The notes under the pieces were generated by a model. It was not told where the DNA came from. It was given only the letters and a program-made list of their open reading frames with translations, and made no database searches. Below, one piece after another: positions 39,756 through 49,324 of a stretch of DNA of 64,000 bases; the stretch's first letter is position 1, and each line of letters opens with the position of its first letter. This DNA is from an uncultured Bacteroidota bacterium (GTDB lineage Bacteria > Bacteroidota > Bacteroidia > Bacteroidales > GCA-2748055), in assembly GCA_963747365.1 (NCBI GenBank), contig CAVVFB010000001.1:147165-211164 (forward strand). The letters run 5' to 3'. Made by a program: the position numbers and the translations under genes.

Positions 39756-42083
39756 TTATTCTTTTTCATCCGTGGGATTGTTCACCGGATCGGCATCCAG
39801 AACGAACATGCCCCGGCCGTGGGTGGCGATGATGACAAGGTTTTCGCGGGGGTGGATGGCCAGGTCGTGCACATAGGTGCAGGGCAGGTCGCCCAGGATA
39901 TCCCAACTCTCTGCGGAATTTTTTGAAACGTAAACACCCACGTCGGTACCCACGTAGAGGATCCTTTTATTTTTAGGATCTTCGCGGATTACGTTTACCG
40001 GACCTGCAGGGATATTTGCAGAAATGTCTTCCCAGGTATCACCAAAATCGGTGGAGCGCCAAAGGTATACTGCGGCATCATCATCACGGCGCCCTGTCTG
40101 GGCAACATAGAGGGTTCCAAAATCGTATTGTGAAGCAACAATCCGGGATACCCATCTTTCGGGAAGTGGTCCGGTACGGATCTCTTCCCAGGTTTCGCCC
40201 CCGTCTTTAGTTCGCCAAAGCCTTCCGTCGTCGGTTCCCCCATAGAGCAATCCGGGATTGAAAGTGGATTCCTCCAGTGCACTGATGGTCTGGTAGCTTA
40301 TATCTCCCTGTTTTTCAGGATCATTGAAAGTAAGGTCGGGACTGATCCTCTTCCATGTACCTCCCTGGTCGGAGGATTTCAGTACATACTGCACTCCATG
40401 GTAAACGATGTCTGGGTTATGATTGGACAAAAGGGTGGGAGCCATCCACTGACCCCGGTATTCAGGCTCATCGGGGAAGGTACTGTGAAGCACCCATTTA
40501 AAATCATCCGGGTATCCATCCACGGTGGCCCGGGCCAGTTTACCATAAAAGAGTGAGGCAAAGATTGTATTCTGATCCCTCGGGTCCACCACATGGGTAC
40601 TTCCTTCTGCACCCAGGGTATAATCCCACCGGGTGGGTCTGATCCGGTCCTTTCCGTCTGACAGATCCACCTCGCTGTAAAAGCTGTGATGATCCTGGAT
40701 CGAACCATACACCCGGAAAGGCTCATGCATGTCATATTCAATATTGTAAAACTGCGCCAGGGGCAGCTCTTCAATAAGGTTTCTCCAATTCTCCCCTTTG
40801 TCGTACGTAACACTGATTCCCCCGTCATGGGCTGCCAGGATGTAGTTGGAGTTGTCGGGGTCGATCCACATGCCATGCTGGTCGGCATGGATCTTCTCAA
40901 GGATGGGCTCAGAGGTGGTTCCGCCATCGGAGGAGACGTTGATCCAGAGCCCCAGGGTGTAGACCCTGTTCTCGTCATTGGGGTCCACCCGGATCTGGCC
41001 AAACACCCAGCCATAGGTGCCCGAATGGCCCGACATATATTTTTTTGTCTCTTCGGTAAGGCCGCTCACCTGTTCCCACGAATTCCCGGTATCATTAGAG
41101 CGGTAAATGGTGGCCCCTTTGATCACATCTTTTTTGGGACGGCCGTATGAATCAAGCTCTCCCTCCACAGCCTGAAAGGCCACTTCGTAATCATCCACAA
41201 ATGCATAAACCACATCGGGATTGGATCTTGCCACATCGATTCCGGTCCGGCCCATGTATTTTGATTCGGGTAATCCGACGGTCAGCTTCTCCCATTTTTT
41301 ACCCCCGTCTGTGGTTTTCCAAATCCCGTTGTTTTTGTGGTTTTCATAGGTACGGGGATCGTTCCATTTCAAGCGGGTTCTTTGCCAGGTGGTGGCATAG
41401 ATCACTTCCGGATCACGCGGATCCATCACCAGGTCGTTCACCCCGCTTTCGGGACCCTTATCGAGTATTTTATCCCAGGACTGACCTCCGTCGGTGGTCT
41501 TATAAAGTCCCCTGTCCTCATTCTTCGTCCACTCGTGACCCGATGCGGCAACGTAAACGATATCGGGATTTTCCGGGTGGACCACTATTCTGGAGATTGT
41601 AAAGGTCTCTTCCAGTCCCATATGGCTCCATGTCTCACCTCCATCGGTGGTTTTCCATACCCCGCAACCGGGGTTGGAAGACCTGAATATATTGGCCTCA
41701 CCGGTTCCTACCCAGACTATGTCAGGATCGGATGGGGTTACAGCCAGGTCCCCTATTGTTGAAGTCCCCTGGTGTTCAAACACAGGTACAAAGGTGACCC
41801 CTTCATTGATACTCTTCCAGACCCCCGATGAGGCGGCAGCCACCCAAATAGTATAGTTTTTCCCTTTGGGCCCCACCGCTTCCACATCGGTGCAACGCCC
41901 ACTGATATTGGTCGGTCCGATGAATTGCCAGTGAAGCAGTTTGAAGGGTGATTCGCTCCTCATCTTTTCGTGCTTTTCATACATGACAAGCTTATCGGAC
42001 CCCTTAAGAACGGGATTTTTAACCTGGGCTAAGAGGATGGCCGGGCCCATCAAAAGCATAAACGAAAGAAATTTGGGATTCAT
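39756..42083 (-). CDS. Exported VPS10/BNR-repeat beta-propeller (putative glycosyl hydrolase)
   Basis: Signal peptide; GPTNISGR; repeated Asp-boxes (KTTDGG.TW, S.D.G.TW); ATHGRG. Confidence 0.85.
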   Translation of the reverse strand: MNPKFLSFMLLMGPAILLAQVKNPVLKGSDKLVMYEKHEKMRSESPFKLLHWQFIGPTNISGRCTDVEAVGPKGKNYTIWVAAASSGVWKSINEGVTFVPVFEHQGTSTIGDLAVTPSDPDIVWVGTGEANIFRSSNPGCGVWKTTDGGETWSHMGLEETFTISRIVVHPENPDIVYVAASGHEWTKNEDRGLYKTTDGGQSWDKILDKGPESGVNDLVMDPRDPEVIYATTWQRTRLKWNDPRTYENHKNNGIWKTTDGGKKWEKLTVGLPESKYMGRTGIDVARSNPDVVYAFVDDYEVAFQAVEGELDSYGRPKKDVIKGATIYRSNDTGNSWEQVSGLTEETKKYMSGHSGTYGWVFGQIRVDPNDENRVYTLGLWINVSSDGGTTSEPILEKIHADQHGMWIDPDNSNYILAAHDGGISVTYDKGENWRNLIEELPLAQFYNIEYDMHEPFRVYGSIQDHHSFYSEVDLSDGKDRIRPTRWDYTLGAEGSTHVVDPRDQNTIFASLFYGKLARATVDGYPDDFKWVLHSTFPDEPEYRGQWMAPTLLSNHNPDIVYHGVQYVLKSSDQGGTWKRISPDLTFNDPEKQGDISYQTISALEESTFNPGLLYGGTDDGRLWRTKDGGETWEEIRTGPLPERWVSRIVASQYDFGTLYVAQTGRRDDDAAVYLWRSTDFGDTWEDISANIPAGPVNVIREDPKNKRILYVGTDVGVYVSKNSAESWDILGDLPCTYVHDLAIHPRENLVIIATHGRGMFVLDADPVNNPTDEKE

Positions 42084-42190
42084 GGTAGTTGAATTAAAGC
42101 AGGTTTAAAATTAATGATTTTTCAATGTGTTTAGTTTTTTGTAACTTATTTGCATAAACGGTGGTTCCAGTCCACACTAAACCTGCACTT

Positions 42191-42931
42191 ATGAAAAAGA
42201 TTATGGCCCTGCTGATAGCCGGAGTGCTGTTTTCCGGCACATTGAATGCTCAGATTCATCTGTTCATTGAGGAGCAGGTGTTAACCCTGCCCGACGGAAA
42301 AGTTACTGCCTGGGTATTTCCCGCTGCTGCAAGCCAGGAGGAGACCCTGAATGACATGAAAGAGTACCTCAAGGATCGAAGCGATCTGAAACTGAAAAAG
42401 GAGGGTGATGAAATGCTGATTGCTGAAAAAGTATCACTGCCTGCCATTACCACAAAAAGGGGAGACCTGATCGGTTTATGCCGCATATCAGAGCAGTATT
42501 ACTCCATGGCCATCATTTTCAAACTGGGCTATGATATCTCACTTTCCGTCGCCGAATGGCCCAAAGAAATGGAGAACCTGCATCAGTACGTCAAAACTTT
42601 TATGACCTTTCACTATGAGCAGGTCTATGCAAGGCGGATCAACGGTCTGGAAAAAGAGATTAAGGAAGTTGAAAAAAACAGGGATCAGACCGAAAATAAG
42701 ATAGGAGGGATCACGGATAAAATCAACAATAACAGTAAAAAGATTGCCAAGGAGACTGATACTGCCAAAATCAATGAATTGCAGTCGGAGATAAATACCC
42801 TTGAGGCTGATATGAAACAACTGATGGATGCCCTTCCCGGGCTTGAAACCCAACTTGCAAGCCTGAAGAAGCAGGTCGACCAGAACCGGTCAGAATCCAA
42901 TACCTACCTGAGTACCATCGCGACTCTCTAG
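42191..42931 (+). CDS. Exported hypothetical protein with C-terminal coiled coil
   Basis: MKKIMALL...NAQ signal peptide; heptad-rich C-terminal third. Confidence 0.65.
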   Translation: MKKIMALLIAGVLFSGTLNAQIHLFIEEQVLTLPDGKVTAWVFPAAASQEETLNDMKEYLKDRSDLKLKKEGDEMLIAEKVSLPAITTKRGDLIGLCRISEQYYSMAIIFKLGYDISLSVAEWPKEMENLHQYVKTFMTFHYEQVYARRINGLEKEIKEVEKNRDQTENKIGGITDKINNNSKKIAKETDTAKINELQSEINTLEADMKQLMDALPGLETQLASLKKQVDQNRSESNTYLSTIATL

Positions 42932-42947
42932 GGTTCGTAATTACTGT

Positions 42948-43667
42948 ATGGATTTATCAATCGTCATACCGGTCTATAATGAACAGGAGAAAATCGGGCA
43001 AGACCTGATAGCCGCCTCAGATTATCTTTACAGTCGCAAGATGCGCGGTGAGATCATTGTTGCAGATGACGGCAGTACAGACCAGACCTCTGAAGTGGTT
43101 GCAGCGACCACAATTCATGAGGGGGTCTCCTTACAAATAATTAATAATAAGGTACATACAGGTAAGGGGTATGCAGTAAAAAATGGCATATTGCAGGCCC
43201 GGGCAGACATAATCATGTTCATTGACAGTGGTAGCTGTGTTCCCTTTGACAACATCGATAAAGGAATAGAATTACTGAACACCAATACCTGCATGATCGC
43301 TCACGGCTCAAGATTCCATCCTGAAAGTAAAATCAAGAGGTCAAATAACCCATTCAGACGTTTCATTTCATACCTGTTTCGCAGGCTTATCCGTTTTATC
43401 GTACATATACCTGATGACCTGAAAGACACACAGTGCGGACTGAAGATCTACAGGAAGCATGTAGCCCATGAACTCTATGCCGAGTGCCTGACCGACGGAT
43501 TTATGTTTGATATTGAGATCATCCTGCGTGCCCGTAAGCATGCATATACTATCAGGGAGTTTCCAATAGAATGGACTTCTGATCCTGACAGCAGACTCTC
43601 TGTGAGGCGCACACTATTTAACATGGTTACAGAGCTTCGGGGAATTCAAAAAACACTAAAGACTTAG
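42948..43667 (+). CDS. GT2 polyprenyl-phosphate glycosyltransferase (DPG/DPM-synthase-like)
   Basis: SIVIPVYNE, ADDGSTD, GKGYAV..G, FIDSG, DTQCGLK, FMFDIE, EFPIEW. Confidence 0.85.
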   Translation: MDLSIVIPVYNEQEKIGQDLIAASDYLYSRKMRGEIIVADDGSTDQTSEVVAATTIHEGVSLQIINNKVHTGKGYAVKNGILQARADIIMFIDSGSCVPFDNIDKGIELLNTNTCMIAHGSRFHPESKIKRSNNPFRRFISYLFRRLIRFIVHIPDDLKDTQCGLKIYRKHVAHELYAECLTDGFMFDIEIILRARKHAYTIREFPIEWTSDPDSRLSVRRTLFNMVTELRGIQKTLKT

Positions 43668-45223
43668 AACCCTTCCTTCCCGAACTGGTACGCATCCCAG
43701 AGATCCTTCCGGAGATAGGCCCTGATTTCCACCCCGGGCCTGAGTTCCCGGTAGCTTTCAAAAAGTGGAACATAGAGATACCTTTCTCCCGGTCCGGGTT
43801 CCTCGTAAAGCTTTCTGATCAGATCCTGTTCAAGGGATGGATGTATGATAACAAGTGGTGCTGCAGCTACACCGTAATCCATTTCACTAAAAAATCCAAC
43901 ATGGGAGAATTCACGCAGGTACCAGGGTAAAGGCCAGTAATCGTTTTCAGGAAAGACCACTTCAATGGGCATCTCATGACCTTCCGGAACCACAGTGCTT
44001 ATCATGTCAATCTCACGGGCGATCTCCGGAATATCCGTCCCTGTCTGGGCATAAACATATGGATTACCCGGCATTGCGCAATATCTGAAATTAAGCTGTA
44101 TACCGGTCCAGGCCCAATAGAACCCACCCAGGATAAGGATGGTGATCAGGCCCCATCGAATATACTTCCTGGTCTTGATTTGAAAGAACCTGATGATCCC
44201 GTATCCCGATAAGAACAGCAAGCCCGGATAAAACTGAAGCAGATTCCAGGGTGTCTTGTATGGCAGGGCTGAATAAATAAATAAAAGGACAATGCTGTAT
44301 AATCCTATAAACAGGATCAGGGTTTCAGCGCGCTCCCGGTTTCTTTTCCGCAGCAGGAACAGAAAGCCGGCAAGGCTTGTGATCAACAATCCTATCTCGT
44401 TGAGCAAGATTGAAAGATAGAAATACCATGGGTGTACATGGGCATCTTCCATCCCCGCCCGTTTAAAATAGAGTACATAGGTCGAAACAGAGTCAATAAT
44501 ACCCTGTGGATTCGAAAAAAATGAACTGAAAAAGAGAATGGAAACACCAGCAGCACTTAACAATACAATCAGCAAATGCAGGACAGGTATATGCATTTTT
44601 CTTTCACCAACCAAACGCTTTGTTCCTCCTGGCAGAACTGTAGTAAAGAACAGAGCCAATGTGGCGGCAGCAAGACTGATCACGCAGGTTTCTTTGGTAG
44701 CATGCATGAAACCCACAGACGCCCCGGCCAGGACCAGCCATACAATCTTCCTGTCTTTCAGGTACCGGAAAGCACTTATAATGAAAGCAAAACTAAAAAA
44801 AGTCAGCAGGCTTTCATGGATATAATACCTGCCGTAAAAAACCAGTCCGGGCGCTACCGCAATCAGTGCGCCAATCATCAAAACCAGTTTCCATTTCAGT
44901 TCCTTTCTGATCAAAAGGAGAAGCGCCAGGAGAAGCAAACTGAAGAAAGCAGGCACCCGTCTCAGTGAAGATTCGTCAAGTGAGGAATAGGTTCTTTGAC
45001 CTTTCAGGCGGGCTGATATCAGGGTGGCGTAATAAAGTGACGGTCCGTGGTACTCCGATTTATCATAGTGGTAGCTTCCTGATTCCAGGAGAATCCCGAG
45101 TTTATGTGCGTTTACAGCTTCGTCGTTGTGCATGGGACGAAGCTCTGGCCTGATAAAACGGACAAGCCCTCCGGCAATGAAAATGAGCAGGAACAGAATT
45201 ACATATTTACCTGGAAAGCTCAA
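43664..45223 (-). CDS. TIGR03663/Agl23-like GT-C fold membrane glycosyltransferase
   Basis: RPMHNDEA, Y.YD..EYHGP, YGRYYIHE, ATKE, HPWYFY, YKTPW, NPYVYAQT, YWPLPWYLR; many TM helices. Confidence 0.78.
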   Translation of the reverse strand: MSFPGKYVILFLLIFIAGGLVRFIRPELRPMHNDEAVNAHKLGILLESGSYHYDKSEYHGPSLYYATLISARLKGQRTYSSLDESSLRRVPAFFSLLLLALLLLIRKELKWKLVLMIGALIAVAPGLVFYGRYYIHESLLTFFSFAFIISAFRYLKDRKIVWLVLAGASVGFMHATKETCVISLAAATLALFFTTVLPGGTKRLVGERKMHIPVLHLLIVLLSAAGVSILFFSSFFSNPQGIIDSVSTYVLYFKRAGMEDAHVHPWYFYLSILLNEIGLLITSLAGFLFLLRKRNRERAETLILFIGLYSIVLLFIYSALPYKTPWNLLQFYPGLLFLSGYGIIRFFQIKTRKYIRWGLITILILGGFYWAWTGIQLNFRYCAMPGNPYVYAQTGTDIPEIAREIDMISTVVPEGHEMPIEVVFPENDYWPLPWYLREFSHVGFFSEMDYGVAAAPLVIIHPSLEQDLIRKLYEEPGPGERYLYVPLFESYRELRPGVEIRAYLRKDLWDAYQFGKEGF

Positions 45224-45903
45224 CGGCCGGGTTTTCCGTAAATCTCAATTTCAATATAATGATTCAGCCTGTTATCCGTATTGCCATTGGAATACAACCG
45301 GACGTATCTGCCAGTAACTCCCCGACCGTCGATCAACCTGCCTTTATTGCCTTCTATGTAGTGAAAGTCTTCTCCCACACCAAAACCAGTGGAGTTGTCG
45401 AGATCATTGTTATACAAAGTGCTCACATTGACTATAAAATCCGGATCATCGGCAGCCTGAACCACAACATCAAAGTAGACCCTGGCTTTCTGGTGATAAT
45501 GCCACAGAGCGATTGCATAAATGGTACAGGTTTCTTCCAGGTCTATGGTAATATACTGCAGGCCCTCGTCCAGCTCCATATAGTATCCGTCGGCCGCATC
45601 CTTATCTCCATCTGTAACAAGGTCGGGCTCGCCCAGCAAAGGTAAATCACCACCACATTCAACCAATTTGCCCAGAGCAAGGTTCACTGTGCCTTTGGGA
45701 ACAAAAAGCGGGGGGGTGGATATCTCCCAGCTCCTTTCCAGTTTGTCGATCTCCAGATCCTTAGGCGTACCCACATACATGGGCATGGGGTATTTAAGGG
45801 TCAATTGCTCCAACTTCTGGGCAGATACATGATTCAGATTTAGTATGCCTATGGCTGCAACTGCAATGCATTTTGCACAGAAATACGGAATTTTTATATT
45901 CAT
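45220..45903 (-). CDS. Exported discoidin/F5-8 type C (CBM32-like) domain protein
   Basis: NLALGK, VTDGD, ITIDL, GRYVRLYSNG...YIEIEIYG; start at MNIKIP (45903). Confidence 0.72.
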   Translation of the reverse strand: MNIKIPYFCAKCIAVAAIGILNLNHVSAQKLEQLTLKYPMPMYVGTPKDLEIDKLERSWEISTPPLFVPKGTVNLALGKLVECGGDLPLLGEPDLVTDGDKDAADGYYMELDEGLQYITIDLEETCTIYAIALWHYHQKARVYFDVVVQAADDPDFIVNVSTLYNNDLDNSTGFGVGEDFHYIEGNKGRLIDGRGVTGRYVRLYSNGNTDNRLNHYIEIEIYGKPGR

Positions 45904-45908
45904 GAATT

Positions 45909-47963
45909 TTACCGGTTTAATCGTTCCACTATGCCATTTGCCCTTGCCTTGTGATCGGGATTCCCGGTTGTTGTAATGAATTGAAGAAGCCTCTCCCTGG
46001 TCTCCTCCGGGTATTCCCACCCGGTATTATCCGCAATGGTCAACACGGCAGCCTCTTTCTCATTTCTTAATTCCTCAACTGACAATAGTTTCAGTGCCAT
46101 ATCAAGCGCCTCTATGCTGGTGATACGGCTTAGTCCGGAAATGACGATCTTCTTTTCATCTTCATTTGAGGCCATCTCCCAGGCAGCACGGATCTCTTCC
46201 AGTTTTTCAGGAGAAGTCATTTGCATGTCCGAGACAACCACTTCAACCGAGGCCCGGAGAGATAGGGTGTGTTTTCTCTGATCGTCCGTTGACTGAACAA
46301 TATGCATCAGATTCGGAAGAGGAGAGGCATCTGGCCAACCGGAGAGCGCTTTGATGGTGGCCAACTGGATTTCATCATCATCCGATGCCAGGAATTCCAG
46401 CAGGATGGGTAGATCCTTCTGATCTTTTATTTGTCCGACTATACTGATCAGTGAAATGGTAGAGACCTGGTCTGTACCGGCTGAAAGAACCTTAATTATT
46501 TCACCGGATCGGTCTGATCCATCCGGGAGTTTCTGAGTTATTGAAAGAACAGCCCGTTCAGCTTCCATTCGCTCTCTTCTGGATTGCGCGTTGACCAGCA
46601 GTTCGATCAATTGTGCAAGTGCATCCGGAGGTGCAATTTTTCCCAGGGCCCTGATGGATTCTGTACGCACAGATGGATCCGTGCCGGATGCTGAAATGAA
46701 CAAGAGAGGAATGGCTTCAGTGATATTCCTTTCACCGGTACTGAGGATCAGTTCCGCCTTTTTATTTCCGCCGGTCGATTCAATGGCGGCCAATATTGAA
46801 TCATTGGTGTAAGGTGCTGCAAGGACATTCAGACTCTGTCGCGCCATTTCCTTTTCGGATCCGCGCATCTCAGCTGCTATCCCGGCGAGCAGGGAAGCAT
46901 CTGACGGAATGCCGACGCCCGGGAGGGCCTTTATGGCAGCCTCCCTGATAAACGGATCATCATCGTTAATCGCTTTCATGATTTCAGGCCGTACGGAAAA
47001 ATCTCCCACATCAGCCAGGGTACTGAACAGGAATAATTTTGACAATTCAGGCAGGGAAGGAACTTCCGAAAAGAGCCTCCCGAGGTTTTCCGGATTCGGG
47101 ATCATATAAATCAGAGAGATGATCTGCCTGTGGAATGCGGGATTCTCATTTTTCAAATGGTCTGCAATAAAATCTCCGGGTTCTTCATCAGAAGTGACGA
47201 ACATGCCTTTTAATGCAGTATTTTTCAGGGATGGAGGGGGATCGGATTCAAATACCTGGATATAGTTGTGCACGGAAAGATCTGCGCACTTCAGCCAGGA
47301 AGCAGCAACTCTCCATTTATGGTCACCTGCTGCTTTGTGAAAGAGATCCTCCAGTATGTCAGCACAAGCCGGATTTCCGATAGTACCCAGTGCGTCAATG
47401 GCCGCAACTGCCACCTGGCTATCCGGATCGCCGGTCAGTTCCCTGATTTGCTGAATGGCATGTATATCCTTTCTGACAGCAATTGAATGAAGAACAGCCA
47501 GCTTTGTTTTGTTCCCGCTTTGCAGCAAGGCAGCTCTCAAAGCCTCATCTGCAACTGCTCCGGGTATTTGCGTAAGTGCACGCAGGGCTGATTCACTCAA
47601 GAGGGGATCGGATATCATTTTTGAAAGTACAGGGACAGAGGTTTCGTTTCCGATGATTCCAAGTTCCCTGCATATAATACGCTTCCCGGCCTGCGTTGCA
47701 TCTGAACTAAGGAAATCGAGCATCATTGTTTGGGTTTCGAGCCTGAGCCTGGGATCATTGTAGACCCGTTTCATCAGGTCCTGGAATTCCTGCTGCCAGG
47801 CGCGGCTCTGGTCATAATCATACACTGAGATCTGCTCCAGGATCTTGCTTATCTCCCCGGATACCTGACCATTGGTTTCATTTTGAGCTTCAAGATACAT
47901 GGGAGATACCCAAAAGGCGAACCATGCAATCATAAAAAATACCTTCAATACGGAAGTTTTCAT
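45909..47963 (-). CDS. Exported HEAT-repeat protein
   Basis: Signal peptide MKTSVLK...EAQ; repeated D..VR..AI.ALG.IG units. Confidence 0.8.
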   Translation of the reverse strand: MKTSVLKVFFMIAWFAFWVSPMYLEAQNETNGQVSGEISKILEQISVYDYDQSRAWQQEFQDLMKRVYNDPRLRLETQTMMLDFLSSDATQAGKRIICRELGIIGNETSVPVLSKMISDPLLSESALRALTQIPGAVADEALRAALLQSGNKTKLAVLHSIAVRKDIHAIQQIRELTGDPDSQVAVAAIDALGTIGNPACADILEDLFHKAAGDHKWRVAASWLKCADLSVHNYIQVFESDPPPSLKNTALKGMFVTSDEEPGDFIADHLKNENPAFHRQIISLIYMIPNPENLGRLFSEVPSLPELSKLFLFSTLADVGDFSVRPEIMKAINDDDPFIREAAIKALPGVGIPSDASLLAGIAAEMRGSEKEMARQSLNVLAAPYTNDSILAAIESTGGNKKAELILSTGERNITEAIPLLFISASGTDPSVRTESIRALGKIAPPDALAQLIELLVNAQSRRERMEAERAVLSITQKLPDGSDRSGEIIKVLSAGTDQVSTISLISIVGQIKDQKDLPILLEFLASDDDEIQLATIKALSGWPDASPLPNLMHIVQSTDDQRKHTLSLRASVEVVVSDMQMTSPEKLEEIRAAWEMASNEDEKKIVISGLSRITSIEALDMALKLLSVEELRNEKEAAVLTIADNTGWEYPEETRERLLQFITTTGNPDHKARANGIVERLNR

Positions 47964-47989
47964 TATTGGTAGTTTAAGGAATTCCGGTT

Positions 47990-49324
47990 CTATAAATGCC
48001 ATGGTCCTCTCATGTGTCCGCTGAGCATCCTGTTTGCTTCAGGATTATCTATAAAAGCTTCCTTAACAGGGTCCCATTTGAGTTTCTGTCCAAGCCTGAT
48101 GGCTATATCGGCCTGATGACAGACAGCATCAGATCGTACGGCTGTCTCAATCGGTGAGATGACCGGAGCCGATGTTCTGATGGCATCAAGGAAATTCCTC
48201 CTGTGGTCATTGCTCCGGGGAAGTTGTATTTCATCAGGACCAATAACTGTTTGCAGAAGGGATTTCGGTTCAGCATCCATATATCCCCGGGCCACATAAA
48301 TCCAGCCTTTTGAGCCTTCAAACATGATGCCCATGGAAGTAGGGATATCAAACCGGGAATCCCGCTGCCTCAGTGAGACGTGATCGGTATGCACCAGCTT
48401 CACACCGTTTGCATAGGTATGGATAGCCTCCCAGTATTGGATGGTATCGTACAATCCATCTTCAGCAATGGTCCCTGTTCCCTCTACCTCAACAGGGCCG
48501 GTCAGGTCCGCATCCACAGCCCATTGGGCAATATCAACATGGTGGATACCCCAAGCACCGCTAATGCAGCCTACCGAATAATCATAGATCAGTGTGAAAT
48601 TCCTTGTGCAGCGCAGTGATGTGTATGGCACCTCAGGAGCAGGACCGAGCCAGAGATCGTAATCCAGATAATCAGGCACCTGCTCCACCGGCTGGACAGG
48701 GACCTGTTGATAGCTTGCCGAGGCGATGATGATTTTTTCAAGTGTTCCCAGTTTTTCATTTCTTGCCAGTTCGCAGGCAAAACGGAAACGTTCATCAGAT
48801 CGTTGCTGCGTCCCAAGCTGGAAAACCACACCAGACCTGTTTATGGCTTTTCGCATCTCAAGGCTTTCACCGAAAAACCGGCTCAACGGTTTCTCATAAT
48901 ACATGTGTTTGCCCATCCGGGCTGCTTCCAGGCCTATCAGTGCATGCCAGTGGTCCGGGGTGGCAATCACAATGGCATCAATATCGCTTCTTGAAAGCAA
49001 GTCCCGGAAATCATTATAAACAGTACATGCCTTGTCCCCGTTGTGTTTATTAATGATTTCTGCAGCCCCTGAGGCATGCTGCCTGTTCACATCACAGACG
49101 GCTGCCACATGCACATCACCATGTTCAATAAAGGACCTTACATGACCGGTACCCATTCCACCCACGCCAATGAATCCCAGGTTGATCCTGTCATTTGGCA
49201 TTATACTGCCACTGCCGGTAAACACACTGGATGGCAGTATGGTGGGGATAGCGAGGGTTCCTGCGGAATATGCCAGGGTTTTTTTCAGGAATGTCCGCCT
49301 GTTTGGATTGCTTTCAGTTGTCAT
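47990..49324 (-). CDS. Tat-exported Gfo/Idh/MocA oxidoreductase
   Basis: NRRTFLK twin-arginine motif; IGVGGMG, ATPDHWH, YYEKP, GTQQRS, WLGPAP, WGIHHVD. Confidence 0.9.
   Translation of the reverse strand: MTTESNPNRRTFLKKTLAYSAGTLAIPTILPSSVFTGSGSIMPNDRINLGFIGVGGMGTGHVRSFIEHGDVHVAAVCDVNRQHASGAAEIINKHNGDKACTVYNDFRDLLSRSDIDAIVIATPDHWHALIGLEAARMGKHMYYEKPLSRFFGESLEMRKAINRSGVVFQLGTQQRSDERFRFACELARNEKLGTLEKIIIASASYQQVPVQPVEQVPDYLDYDLWLGPAPEVPYTSLRCTRNFTLIYDYSVGCISGAWGIHHVDIAQWAVDADLTGPVEVEGTGTIAEDGLYDTIQYWEAIHTYANGVKLVHTDHVSLRQRDSRFDIPTSMGIMFEGSKGWIYVARGYMDAEPKSLLQTVIGPDEIQLPRSNDHRRNFLDAIRTSAPVISPIETAVRSDAVCHQADIAIRLGQKLKWDPVKEAFIDNPEANRMLSGHMRGPWHL

Noticed and set aside
45904-46020. ORF-track N-terminal extensions (46020, 48002, 51192, 57800, 62244, 8429)
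   Set aside because: They overlap neighbouring genes or precede clear signal peptides; downstream ATGs were chosen instead
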